In this document: positions 10,285 through 19,052 of the stretch, in pieces
How the letters are laid out: every line of letters starts with the position of its first letter
Position numbering within the stretch: position 1 is the stretch's first letter
Source: an uncultured Anaeroplasmatales bacterium
Lineage (GTDB): Bacteria; Bacillota_I; Bacilli_A; Acholeplasmatales; WRBM01
Length of the DNA stretch: 64,000 nt
NCBI GenBank assembly: GCA_964478425.1
Contig: CAYZIB010000001.1
Location: 15,100-79,099, forward strand
Reading direction: 5' to 3'
Made by a program: the position numbers and the translations under genes
The notes under the pieces: generated by a model
What the model saw: only the letters and a program-made list of their open reading frames with translations
Database searches by the model: none
Told to the model about the DNA's origin: nothing

Positions 10285-10691
10285 AATGCTTAGGTCTTGA
10301 TTTAGGAAGTAGAACATTAGGAGTTGCAATAAGTGATAATTTAGGAATTATCGCAAGGACTTATGATACATTTAGATTTAATGATGATGATTATAATTCT
10401 GCTTTAAATTATGTTTTAGATATTGTAAAAAAAGAAAAAATTGATAAAATAGTTTTAGGGTATCCAAAACATATGAATGGCGATATAGGTATTAGAGGTC
10501 AAATTTCATTAGATTTTAAAAAAATGATTAAAGAAAAAATTGATATTGAAGTAATATTAATTGATGAAAGACTTACAACTGTATCTGCAGATAGAATTAT
10601 GATATCTCAAAATGTTAGGCGAGAAGAAAGAAAAAAGAAAAAAGATGAACTTGCCGCATTAATTATTTTACAAAATTATTTAGATAGATAG
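10281..10691 (+). CDS. ruvX: YqgF/RuvX family putative pre-16S rRNA nuclease / Holliday junction resolvase-like protein
   Basis: 'LGLDLGSRTLGVAISD' N-terminus. ATGA overlap with alaS, in the same position as B. subtilis yrrK. Confidence 0.85.
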   Translation: MKCLGLDLGSRTLGVAISDNLGIIARTYDTFRFNDDDYNSALNYVLDIVKKEKIDKIVLGYPKHMNGDIGIRGQISLDFKKMIKEKIDIEVILIDERLTTVSADRIMISQNVRREERKKKKDELAALIILQNYLDR

Positions 10692-10700
10692 GAGAAAAAA

Positions 10701-11084
10701 ATGGATAATAAAACAATTACTTTAATAAAAGAAGATGGAACTGAAGAATTAGCAGAAATTTTATTTACTTATTTTTCAGAAGAATTTAATAAAAATTATG
10801 TGGTATTAAGAATTATTGAACAAGATTTATTAACTGCTGCAATTTATGAACAAACTGATGAAAAAGATGGTCGTTTAGTAAATATTGAAAATGATGAAGA
10901 ATGGGAATTAATTGAAAATTTAATTAATGACTATTTTGAAGAAAATGATCATGAATGTGGATGCGGATGTGGACATGATCATGATTGTGATTGCGATTGT
11001 GATCACGACCATGAATGTGATTGTGAAGACCACGATTGTGGTTGTGAACATGATCATGATTGCTGTGATAAACATCATGAATAA
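10701..11084 (+). CDS. DUF1292 (YrzB-like) protein with a Cys/His/Asp-rich C-terminal extension
   Basis: The N-terminal ~80 aa ('ITLIKEDGTEELAEILFTY...DEEWELIENLINDYF') match the DUF1292 pattern and the yrzB position. The last 47 aa are 'ENDHECGCGCGHDHDCDCDCDHDHECDCEDHDCGCEHDHDCCDKHHE'. Confidence 0.75.
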   Translation: MDNKTITLIKEDGTEELAEILFTYFSEEFNKNYVVLRIIEQDLLTAAIYEQTDEKDGRLVNIENDEEWELIENLINDYFEENDHECGCGCGHDHDCDCDCDHDHECDCEDHDCGCEHDHDCCDKHHE

Positions 11085-11700
11085 TGAAAAATTTAATTAT
11101 TTAGCTCAAATAAATAATATAAACTTTAATGATTTAGAAAATGAATTAATTGATTATGCAAATATTAATAATGTTCCTATAATAAAAAAAGAAGGGTTAG
11201 CATTTTTATTACAAATTATTAAAATTAAAAAACCTAAAAGAATTTTAGAAATAGGAACAGCAATTGGTTTTTCAGCAATAATGATGGCAAATAATTCAGA
11301 TGCAATTATTGATACTTTAGAAAAAAATTCTGAAATGGCTGATTTAGCAAATAAAAATATTTTAAAAGCCAATTTAGATAAAAGAATTAATGTACATAAT
11401 ATTGATGCATTATTATTTGAAACAGAATTTAAATATGATTTGATTTTTATTGATGCTGCAAAAACTAAATATATTGAGTATTTTACTAAATTTGAAGAAA
11501 AATTAAATCAAAATGGAATAATAATCTGTGATAATTTATTATTTCATGATCTATTTTTTACTTCAGAAATAACGAAAAATCAACAAAGAATAATTAATAA
11601 AATTGATAAATTTAATCATTTCGTAACAGAAAATTCATGTTATGATAGTTATATTTATCCAATTGGCGATGGAATGTCATTAAGTATTAGGAAGGTATAA
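11077..11700 (+). CDS. trmR: SAM-dependent O-methyltransferase, YrrM/TrmR family (tRNA 5-hydroxyuridine methyltransferase)
   Basis: SAM motif I 'ILEIGTAIGFS' and 'DLIFIDAAK'. The preferred start is ATG 11077 (MNNEKF...), overlapping the upstream stop by 8 nt. The track's longer ORF (from 10927) is an alternative-frame read-through of the Cys/His repeat. Confidence 0.75.
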   Translation: MNNEKFNYLAQINNINFNDLENELIDYANINNVPIIKKEGLAFLLQIIKIKKPKRILEIGTAIGFSAIMMANNSDAIIDTLEKNSEMADLANKNILKANLDKRINVHNIDALLFETEFKYDLIFIDAAKTKYIEYFTKFEEKLNQNGIIICDNLLFHDLFFTSEITKNQQRIINKIDKFNHFVTENSCYDSYIYPIGDGMSLSIRKV

Positions 11701-11701
11701 T

Positions 11702-12229
11702 ATGTTAGTATTAATTGGTCCTTCTGCTTCAGGGAAGACGGAATTGGCTAAATTTTTAGTAAAAAATAAAAATTTTGAAAAAATTATAACTTATACAACA
11801 AGACCAATAAGACAAAATGAAAAAAATGGTGTAGATTATCATTTTTTAGATGAAAATACTTTTTTATCATTAGAAAATAATAATTTTTTTGCTGAAACTA
11901 CCATTTATAATGGATATCATTATGGGACATCTTTATCGTCTTTAAATGGTAATAAAGTTATAATTTTAGAACCACAAGGATTATTAAATTTGAATAAATT
12001 TAAAGAAATAAAAAAAGTATCATTTTATTTAGATGTTTTAAAACAAACTAGATATGAAAGAATGGTTTTAAGACATGAAAAAAGTTCTGATATTATTAAA
12101 AGACTTGATATTGATGAACAAGTATTTTCATTAGAAAATTTAAATGTTGATCATATTATTAATGCAAATAATAAAACAATAAGTGAACTTGCTGATATTA
12201 TTTTGAATCTTTATAATAATGAAATTTAA
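11702..12229 (+). CDS. Guanylate kinase family protein (short, 175 aa)
   Basis: P-loop 'GPSASGKTE', 'TTRPIRQNEKNGVDYHF' and 'YNGYHYGTS' are Gmk-like. I cannot tell whether it is the housekeeping gmk or a paralogue. Confidence 0.65.
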   Translation: MLVLIGPSASGKTELAKFLVKNKNFEKIITYTTRPIRQNEKNGVDYHFLDENTFLSLENNNFFAETTIYNGYHYGTSLSSLNGNKVIILEPQGLLNLNKFKEIKKVSFYLDVLKQTRYERMVLRHEKSSDIIKRLDIDEQVFSLENLNVDHIINANNKTISELADIILNLYNNEI

Positions 12230-12259
12230 AAGATATTATTAATTTAATATCTTTTTTTA
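12228..12259 (+). terminator. Rho-independent terminator after the gmk-like gene
   Basis: Stem AAGATATTA/TAATATCTT followed by T7. A TGnTATAAT extended -10 follows at 12268-12276. Confidence 0.6.
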
Positions 12260-12314
12260 TTATTATTTGTTATAATAATAAATTGTGATATACTTAAAAA
12301 GTAAGGTGATAATT

Positions 12315-13154
12315 TTGAAATATTTAACTTATATAAATTCTATAAATGATCTTGATAGATTAAATGAATTTGTAGATGGATTTATTGCTGGATCTAAAAT
12401 TTCATATAAAACAAATAAAAAATTCAATAAAGCAATTTTAAAAAATATAATTAAAAAAGCTAATATTTTAAGCAAAGAAATTTTTATATTAGCAAATAAA
12501 ATTATTTATAATAATGATTTAAAATCATTAAATGAACTTTTTATATTTTTAAAAGATGAAGTTATTACAGGAATAATTGTATCTGATCTATCAACAATAA
12601 AAGTAGCAGAAAAATACGATCTATTAGATAAAATTATTTATGATCCAAATACACTTATTACAAATAATATTGATTTTAATTATTTAGAAAAATATAAAAT
12701 AAATGGAGCATTTATTTCAAATGTTGTAGATTTAAATACATTAAAAAGTATTTTAAACAAAAAGGAAATAAAAGCATTTTACACAGGATTTGGATATATT
12801 AATTTATTCAATTCTAAAAGAAAATTAGTTAAGCTATATCATGAATTTGATAATAAGATAAATATTAATAATAAAGATAAATTTTTTAATATTAAAGAAG
12901 AAACAAGAACAGATTTAATGCCTTTAATGCAAGATGAAAATGGTACATATATTTTTTCTTCAGAAATTTTTAATGCGACAGATTATATTTTTGAATTAGA
13001 TAATTTAGATTATTTTGTTTTTGATAATATATTTATATCGACTAATGAAATGGAACAATTTTTAAAAGAATTTAAACAAAATAATAAAATTACTGCTTCA
13101 GGATATAAATTTTCTTTAGGCTTTTTAAATCGAAAAATTGGTTATAGGAAGTGA
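12315..13154 (+). CDS. yrrN: Divergent peptidase U32 family protein (YrrN-like)
   Basis: The call rests mainly on position directly upstream of a clear U32 gene, as in B. subtilis yrrN-yrrO, and on size. TTG start at 12315 after AAGGTGA. The U32 Cys motif is not evident. Confidence 0.45.
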   Translation: MKYLTYINSINDLDRLNEFVDGFIAGSKISYKTNKKFNKAILKNIIKKANILSKEIFILANKIIYNNDLKSLNELFIFLKDEVITGIIVSDLSTIKVAEKYDLLDKIIYDPNTLITNNIDFNYLEKYKINGAFISNVVDLNTLKSILNKKEIKAFYTGFGYINLFNSKRKLVKLYHEFDNKININNKDKFFNIKEETRTDLMPLMQDENGTYIFSSEIFNATDYIFELDNLDYFVFDNIFISTNEMEQFLKEFKQNNKITASGYKFSLGFLNRKIGYRK

Positions 13155-13158
13155 TAAA

Positions 13159-14343
13159 ATGGTTGAATTATTAGCTCCAGCAGGATCTTTAGAAAAATTA
13201 AAAGTTGCATTATTATATGGTGCTGATGCATGTTTTATTGGAGGTAGAGAATTTTCATTAAGAGCACGAGCATCAAATTTTACTATTGATGAAATAAAAG
13301 CTGCATGTATGTTTGCTCATGAATTAGGGAAAAAGGTCTATGTTACAACAAATATCATTCCTCATGAAGATGATTTAATTAATTTAAAAGAATATTTAAT
13401 AGAACTTGAAAAAGCAAAAGTAGATGCAATTATAACCGCATCATTTGCAGTTTTAACTACTGCAAAAAAATATACAAATTTAGAAATCCATATTTCAACT
13501 CAACAATCAATTTTAAATTATGAAAGTGCAAATTTCTTTTATAAAGAAGGAGCAAAAAGAGTTGTTCTTGGAAGAGAATTATCAGTTAATGAAATTAAAA
13601 AAATAAAAGAAAATACAAAAGCAGATATAGAAGTATTTATTCATGGTGGAATGTGTTCTTCAATTTCTGGAAGATGTGTTTTATCGAATAATATGACAGA
13701 TAGAGATGCAAATAGAGGTGGATGTGCGCATAGTTGTAGATGGAATTATGATTTATACGATAATAATAAAAACAAATTAAATAATGATACTTATTTTCAA
13801 ATTGCAAGTAAAGATTTACAATCAATTAAATTTATAAAAAAATTAATAAATGCTAATGTTGATTCGTTAAAAATTGAAGGAAGAATGAAAAGTATTTATT
13901 ATATTGCAACTGTTTGTAAGGTATATAGAGAACTTATTGATGATTGTTATAATAATAAAAAAATCAATTATAATAAGTATGTAAATGAAATAAAAAAATG
14001 TGAAAACAGATTTACATCACATGGCTTTTTAAATGGTAAATTAACTATTAATGAACAACTTTATAATCAAAGAAGTGAAATTCCAACAAAAGAATTTGTG
14101 GGAATAGTTTTATCATATGACTTTAATACAAAATTTGTTACCATTGAACAAAGAAATTATTTTAAAAAAGGAGATATATTAGAATTTTTTGGACCAAAAA
14201 TGAAAAATAAAAAATTCAAAATCAATAAATTTTATGATTCTGAATTTAATTTAATAGATGTTGCAAGACATCCCAAACAAATAATTAAATTTAAAGTAGA
14301 TTTTCCTGTTGATGATTATGCAATGTTAAGATTAGTTAAGTAA
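13159..14343 (+). CDS. yrrO: Peptidase U32 family protein (YrrO/TrhP-like, tRNA ho5U pathway)
   Basis: 'ELLAPAGSLEKLKVALLYGADA' N-terminus. The near-canonical U32 signature is 'EVFIHGGMCSSISGRCVLS' followed by 'GGCAHSCRW'. ATG 13159 follows AGGAAGTGA. Confidence 0.85.
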   Translation: MVELLAPAGSLEKLKVALLYGADACFIGGREFSLRARASNFTIDEIKAACMFAHELGKKVYVTTNIIPHEDDLINLKEYLIELEKAKVDAIITASFAVLTTAKKYTNLEIHISTQQSILNYESANFFYKEGAKRVVLGRELSVNEIKKIKENTKADIEVFIHGGMCSSISGRCVLSNNMTDRDANRGGCAHSCRWNYDLYDNNKNKLNNDTYFQIASKDLQSIKFIKKLINANVDSLKIEGRMKSIYYIATVCKVYRELIDDCYNNKKINYNKYVNEIKKCENRFTSHGFLNGKLTINEQLYNQRSEIPTKEFVGIVLSYDFNTKFVTIEQRNYFKKGDILEFFGPKMKNKKFKINKFYDSEFNLIDVARHPKQIIKFKVDFPVDDYAMLRLVK

Positions 14344-14957
14344 GAATTTTTTGCTTCTTTAAATCTATTTTCAACAATTTTCCAATTTATTAAATTAATT
14401 AAATTTTCAAAATAATATTTCTTTTTTGATTTATATTGTGGATAATATGAATGTTCCCAACAGTCAAGACAAAGTAAAGGAATTTTATGTTCAGTTAGTG
14501 GATTTAAATTATTTTCATTATTTATAATTTCTAAGTTTAAAAAAGGATCTAAAACTAAAAAAACAAAACCTGAACCATATAAATTTAAAAATGATTTATA
14601 TAAATTCTTTTTTAAATTTTCAAATGATCCAAAAGCATTTCTTATTGCTTGCATAAAATCATAATTTGTAATAATAGTTTTAGTTTTAGATAAATTTTCA
14701 AAAAACATAGAATGATTTAAATATGAACTTCCAGATGTTAGTAAGGGTTTTTTTAAATAATCTGGGAGAAATTTATAATTGTATAATAGTTCTACAATAT
14801 CTTTTGTTTTGAAATCTTTAAATTGACTTACATAATTATTTAATTCATTTGTAGCTTCTTCATATACCAAATTATAATGGTAATCCATAATATTTTTTTC
14901 AATAAATGGTTCAAAATCATCTAGTTTGTAATCTAATAATATTTTTTCATATTTCAT
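14316..14957 (-). CDS. Fe/Mn superoxide dismutase family protein (divergent)
   Basis: 'LDYKLDDFEPFIEKNIMDYH', 'LNHSMFF' and 'DCWEHSYY' match the SOD N- and C-domain motifs. GGAGG RBS. The 3' end overlaps yrrO by 28 nt (convergent). Confidence 0.7.
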   Translation of the reverse strand: MKYEKILLDYKLDDFEPFIEKNIMDYHYNLVYEEATNELNNYVSQFKDFKTKDIVELLYNYKFLPDYLKKPLLTSGSSYLNHSMFFENLSKTKTIITNYDFMQAIRNAFGSFENLKKNLYKSFLNLYGSGFVFLVLDPFLNLEIINNENNLNPLTEHKIPLLCLDCWEHSYYPQYKSKKKYYFENLINLINWKIVENRFKEAKNSYLTNLNIA

Positions 14958-14980
14958 ATTTTTCCTCCGGTGGTGATAAT

Positions 14981-15658
14981 TTGCTTATAACATATAATAA
15001 TTATTTAATAGAATACAAAATTGTTCGTAAAAATATAAAAAACACATACTTTAGATTTAAAAATAATATATTGGTTGTATCAACAAATTATTTTAATTCT
15101 GATGAATCTATAAAACAACTTATTATCAAGCATATTGATGATATCATTAAGTTAAAAAATAAAATGTCGAATAATAATAGTGACCCTAATTTTATTTATT
15201 TTAAAAATATTAAATATGTAAAAAAAATAATTATATCAAATGAAAATAAAATAATAATTAAAGATAATATTTTTTATATTTATACTAAGCAAGATGATAT
15301 TAATTATATAAATAGAATTATTAATTTATTTTTTATAGAAAATATAAATCAAGAAGTGTTAAAGTATAAAGATAAATTGGACAAATTATTTAATGTGAAT
15401 GCTAAAATAATTTATAAACCATTAAAAAGTGCTTATGGGAAAAATTATTATTTAAAATCAACGATCATATTAAATTCATTTTTAGCAAAATTTGATTTTA
15501 AATATATTAAATATATTTTAATTCATGAATATATTCATTTTAAATATCAAAATCATCAAAAAGAATTTCATGATTTATTCAATAAATTAATGCCAGAAAA
15601 TAAAATATTGAGTAAAAATTTAACATTGGAAACAAAAAAAATTGGTTTATTTTTTTAA
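14981..15658 (+). CDS. YgjP-like (DUF45/M48-related) zinc metallopeptidase
   Basis: 'ILIHEYIHFKYQNHQKEFH' (HExxH) near the C-terminus. TTG 14981 after GGTGGTGA is preferred over the track's upstream extension. Confidence 0.65.
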   Translation: MLITYNNYLIEYKIVRKNIKNTYFRFKNNILVVSTNYFNSDESIKQLIIKHIDDIIKLKNKMSNNNSDPNFIYFKNIKYVKKIIISNENKIIIKDNIFYIYTKQDDINYINRIINLFFIENINQEVLKYKDKLDKLFNVNAKIIYKPLKSAYGKNYYLKSTIILNSFLAKFDFKYIKYILIHEYIHFKYQNHQKEFHDLFNKLMPENKILSKNLTLETKKIGLFF

Positions 15659-15664
15659 TTATAC

Positions 15665-15693
15665 TTGTTAAATAAAATAATTTATTATATAAT
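15665..15693 (+). promoter_or_regulatory. Putative sigma-A promoter of greA
   Basis: TTGTTA-N17-TATAAT, about 30 nt upstream of the greA RBS AAGGAGG. Confidence 0.4.
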
Positions 15694-15722
15694 ATGAATG
15701 TTATAATTAAGGAGGCAGCACT

Positions 15723-16205
15723 ATGGCTCAAAAAAATAATGTTTACGAATCTACAACTGAAGGTGTAAAAAGATTAAATGATGAACTTTATGATTTAAAG
15801 AATGTTCAAAGAAAAAAAATTATTGAAGCTATTCAAGAAGCAAGAGCACAAGGAGACTTATCAGAAAATGCTGATTATGATGCAGCAAGAGATGAACAAG
15901 CAAGAATTGAAGCTAGAATAATTGAAATTGAAAAAATTCTTAAGAATGTTAAAATCATTAAAAAAGACTCAACTGATACTGTTACTGCAGGTAAAACTGT
16001 AACATTCGAATATGTTGAGTCAAAAAGAGTTGTTGAATATAAATTTGTTGGAACTTTCGAAGTTGATCCAAAGAATTTTAAAATATCTATTGAATCTCCA
16101 ATCGGTAAAGCTCTTTTTGGATGTAAAGTTAATGATATTGTTCATGTTAAAAGTGAAACAGGAAAAGAATTTGATGTTAAAGTTTTAAACATCTTAAATA
16201 GCTAA
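15723..16205 (+). CDS. greA: Transcription elongation factor GreA
   Basis: 'AQGDLSENADYDAARDEQARIEARI' coiled-coil tip with a C-terminal FKBP-like domain. Confidence 0.95.
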   Translation: MAQKNNVYESTTEGVKRLNDELYDLKNVQRKKIIEAIQEARAQGDLSENADYDAARDEQARIEARIIEIEKILKNVKIIKKDSTDTVTAGKTVTFEYVESKRVVEYKFVGTFEVDPKNFKISIESPIGKALFGCKVNDIVHVKSETGKEFDVKVLNILNS

Positions 16206-16227
16206 TACCACAAGTTGTGGTATTTTT
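16205..16227 (+). terminator. greA terminator
   Basis: 8-bp stem ATACCACA/TGTGGTAT followed by TTTT. It abuts the sigK stop codon. Confidence 0.65.
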
Positions 16228-16933
16228 ATTTATTATAGTTGTTATTTTTATTATTCATTTCTATATAAAGTTTCATTAATGCTCTTTTTTCGATTCTAGA
16301 TACATATGATCTAGAAATTTTATATTCTTTTGCAATTTCTTTTTGCGTTTTTATTTCTTGATTATTTATACCGTATCTTTTTTCGATGATTTCTAATTCT
16401 CTTTTAGTTAATACTTTAAATGAATCTTTTAAATTTTTTATTGATTCATCTAAAATCATTTTATTTTCTTCTAAAGGAGTTTCGTCTTTTACAATATCCA
16501 TTAATGTTATTTTATTTCCATCCTTATCATTACCAATAGAAGAATAAAGCCATGACACATTTTGTTTATTTTTATTGCTTCTAAGATGCATTAAAATTTC
16601 ATTTTCGATGCATCTTGCAGCATATGTTGCAAGTTTACTGTTTAAATCAAAGTTGTATGTGTCCACAGCTTTTATTAAACCAATTATACCAATACTTAAT
16701 AGATCATCTTTTTCTTCTTTAGTATTTTCATATTTTTTTATAATATGAGCTACTAATCTTAAATTATGTTCTATTAATTTAGCTCTTGCGTTTTTATCTC
16801 CCTTTTTATGTAAATTTAGATAATAATTTTCTTCTTCGGCTTCGAGTTTTTCTGGATATGAACTACTTTTTAAAGCTCCAAGTAAAGGGAAAATAAATAA
16901 TGTAAATAAATCAAACAAAATAATATACCCCAT
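16226..16933 (-). CDS. sigK: Sporulation sigma factor SigK (pro-sigma-K), uninterrupted
   Basis: A hydrophobic pro-sequence 'MGYIILFDLFTLFIFPLLGAL' precedes 'YPEKLEAEEENYYL..GDKNARAKLIEHNLRLVAHIIKKY'. From memory this aligns closely with B. subtilis pro-sigma-K. Region 4 is 'ISRSYVSRIEKRAL'. Confidence 0.85.
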   Translation of the reverse strand: MGYIILFDLFTLFIFPLLGALKSSSYPEKLEAEEENYYLNLHKKGDKNARAKLIEHNLRLVAHIIKKYENTKEEKDDLLSIGIIGLIKAVDTYNFDLNSKLATYAARCIENEILMHLRSNKNKQNVSWLYSSIGNDKDGNKITLMDIVKDETPLEENKMILDESIKNLKDSFKVLTKRELEIIEKRYGINNQEIKTQKEIAKEYKISRSYVSRIEKRALMKLYIEMNNKNNNYNK

Positions 16934-16947
16934 TTAGGAGGACTAAT

Positions 16948-17514
16948 ATGATTGAAAAAATTATAAATATTAAAAAATTAATCCCCAATTTTTATGTAAA
17001 ATCAATTTATGATATTGATTTCAATAAATTATATGATGAAAATAAAAGATTAATTCTTACAGATTTAGATAATACACTTGTTAGTTATGATACATTAATA
17101 GCAAATGAAGAATTAATAAATTTTATTGATAATTTAAAAAAAATAGGATTTGAAATAATCATTGTATCAAATAACTCAAAAAAAAGAGTTAAAAAATTTG
17201 CTTTAAGTGTTAATTTGAAATATTATAGTAGATGTTTAAAACCTTTTTCATTCAAATTAAAAAAAGCAATGAAAAACTATAAAAAAGAAGAAGTTATTGT
17301 TTTAGGAGATCAATTATTAACAGATGTTTATTCAGCAAAAAAAATTCATCTTGATGTTATTTTAGTTAAAGCAATAAAAAGAAAAACTGAAAAATGGACT
17401 ACTAAAAATAATAGAAGAATGGAAAGAAAAGTTTTAAATAAAATAAATAAAAAAGAACCAGAAATTTACACTAAAATTTTAAAAGAATATAAGGAAAATA
17501 ATTATGGAAATTAA
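16948..17514 (+). CDS. yqeG: YqeG family HAD-IIIA phosphatase
   Basis: 'LILTDLDNTLV' and 'VSNNS', in the position upstream of yqeH. Confidence 0.85.
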   Translation: MIEKIINIKKLIPNFYVKSIYDIDFNKLYDENKRLILTDLDNTLVSYDTLIANEELINFIDNLKKIGFEIIIVSNNSKKRVKKFALSVNLKYYSRCLKPFSFKLKKAMKNYKKEEVIVLGDQLLTDVYSAKKIHLDVILVKAIKRKTEKWTTKNNRRMERKVLNKINKKEPEIYTKILKEYKENNYGN

Positions 17515-18502
17515 ATGTATTGGATGTGGATCAACTTTACAGTTTGTTGATGAAAATAAAATTGGATATATAGATAAATCATTACTTGAAAAAAAAGATT
17601 TAGAGAATTTATATTGCAAAAGATGCTTTAAATTAAAAAACTATAATATATATAGTCCTGTTACTGATATTGATTTTAATAAAATAAATAATGAAGTTAA
17701 AATAAATAAAAATGCAATTTTAGTAATGATTATCGATGTATTTATGATTGATTCAACCTTCATAGATAATTTATATAGTATTTATGGAAAAAAAGATTTA
17801 ATAATTATTTTATCAAGATATGATTGTTTTAAAGACTTAGTTAATAAAAATAAGATTATTTCATACATTAATTTAAAAGCAAAAAAATGTAAATATAATT
17901 TAGTTGATATAATATTCAGCAATAATGAAGATAGATTTATCAATCATTTACAAAACGAAAATAAAGATTTTTATTTTGTTGGATATACAAATACAGGAAA
18001 ATCAACATTTATAAATAAAGTATTAAAAAAAATCTATCAAATTGATAAAGATTATATTGTGACATCTAAAAATATTGGTACTACTCTTGATCTTATTAAA
18101 ATACCATATAAAAATAATTATTTTTTAATTGATACTCCAGGATTAAATTTAAATAGTTATTATAATATAAATCATATTATCAAAAACAAAGTTAATACAA
18201 TTAATTATCAAGTAATTAAAAATCAAAGTTATATTGTAGAAGATTTATTTTCTATTAATATTTATAATCAAACAACTATTTCATTTTTGTTTAGTAACAC
18301 TTTAAAAATACATAGAACAAAATATGAAAATAGATTAAAATATGTTATAGATAATCATAAAAAAAATATAAATTTAAATGACAATTTGTTTTACGATATA
18401 GAAATAAGTGGATTTGGTTTTTTTAGAATAAAAGGAAAAATTAGTTTTGATATTACTTCAAAAATAAATTTAGATATATATGTTAGAAAATCAATTATTT
18501 GA
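17504..18502 (+). CDS. yqeH: Ribosome biogenesis GTPase YqeH
   Basis: N-terminal zinc ribbon 'CIGCGS...CKRCF' and a circularly permuted GTPase with 'GYTNTGKSTFIN' and 'DTPG'. Confidence 0.85.
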   Translation: MEIKCIGCGSTLQFVDENKIGYIDKSLLEKKDLENLYCKRCFKLKNYNIYSPVTDIDFNKINNEVKINKNAILVMIIDVFMIDSTFIDNLYSIYGKKDLIIILSRYDCFKDLVNKNKIISYINLKAKKCKYNLVDIIFSNNEDRFINHLQNENKDFYFVGYTNTGKSTFINKVLKKIYQIDKDYIVTSKNIGTTLDLIKIPYKNNYFLIDTPGLNLNSYYNINHIIKNKVNTINYQVIKNQSYIVEDLFSINIYNQTTISFLFSNTLKIHRTKYENRLKYVIDNHKKNINLNDNLFYDIEISGFGFFRIKGKISFDITSKINLDIYVRKSII

Positions 18503-19052
18503 AATAGTTAAAGAAAAATACAAAAGTAAGGATAAACTATATCGTTTAAAACATGTTGAAGGAGTTTATTTTTTAGCTAAAAAACTTGCATCAATATATA
18601 ATTTACCACTTGAAAAAATAACATATGCAAGTATTTTACATGATATTTCTAAATTTGAAACCAAAGAATATATGATATCATTAATTAATGATAATGATAT
18701 AATTAATAATTATCCGTTTGAAACTTGGCATGCTTTTGCTGGCGCAAATTATGTAAAAAAAATATTAAAAATTCAAGATGAAGATATAATAAATGCAATT
18801 AGATATCATGTTTTTGGTAGATTTAATATGACTTTACTAGAAAAAATTATTATGCTTAGTGATTTTTGTGAAGAAACAAGGACATTTGATGAAGCAAATA
18901 TTGTAAGAAAAATATTATTAGAAGAAAAAAATTTAGATAAAGCATTATATTTTTATTATTATTATTTAATTAAACATTTAGAAGAAGATAATAAAAATGT
19001 TTTAGATATTCAATATAAATTAAAAGATTATTATAAGGAGAAAATATGTTAA
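18480..19052 (+). CDS. yqeK: HD-domain protein YqeK (bis(5'-nucleosyl)-tetraphosphatase family)
   Basis: 'RLKHVEGV' and 'ILHDISK' HD motifs, plus synteny with rsfS. Confidence 0.8.
   Translation: MLENQLFEIVKEKYKSKDKLYRLKHVEGVYFLAKKLASIYNLPLEKITYASILHDISKFETKEYMISLINDNDIINNYPFETWHAFAGANYVKKILKIQDEDIINAIRYHVFGRFNMTLLEKIIMLSDFCEETRTFDEANIVRKILLEEKNLDKALYFYYYYLIKHLEEDNKNVLDIQYKLKDYYKEKIC

Noticed and set aside
10927-11076. The ORF track extends the trmR ORF 150 nt upstream (MTILKKMIMNVDADVDMIMIVIAIV...), overlapping the DUF1292 tail.
   Set aside because: It is the +1 frame of the GAT-CAT-GAT-TGT repeat, which happens to lack stops. The peptide is low-complexity Ile/Met/Val. The methyltransferase homology begins only at MNNEKF (ATG 11077).
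16226-16933. Looked for a skin-like element or recombinase splitting sigK.
   Set aside because: The ORF is continuous from the pro-sequence to region 4.2, and no recombinase gene is nearby.
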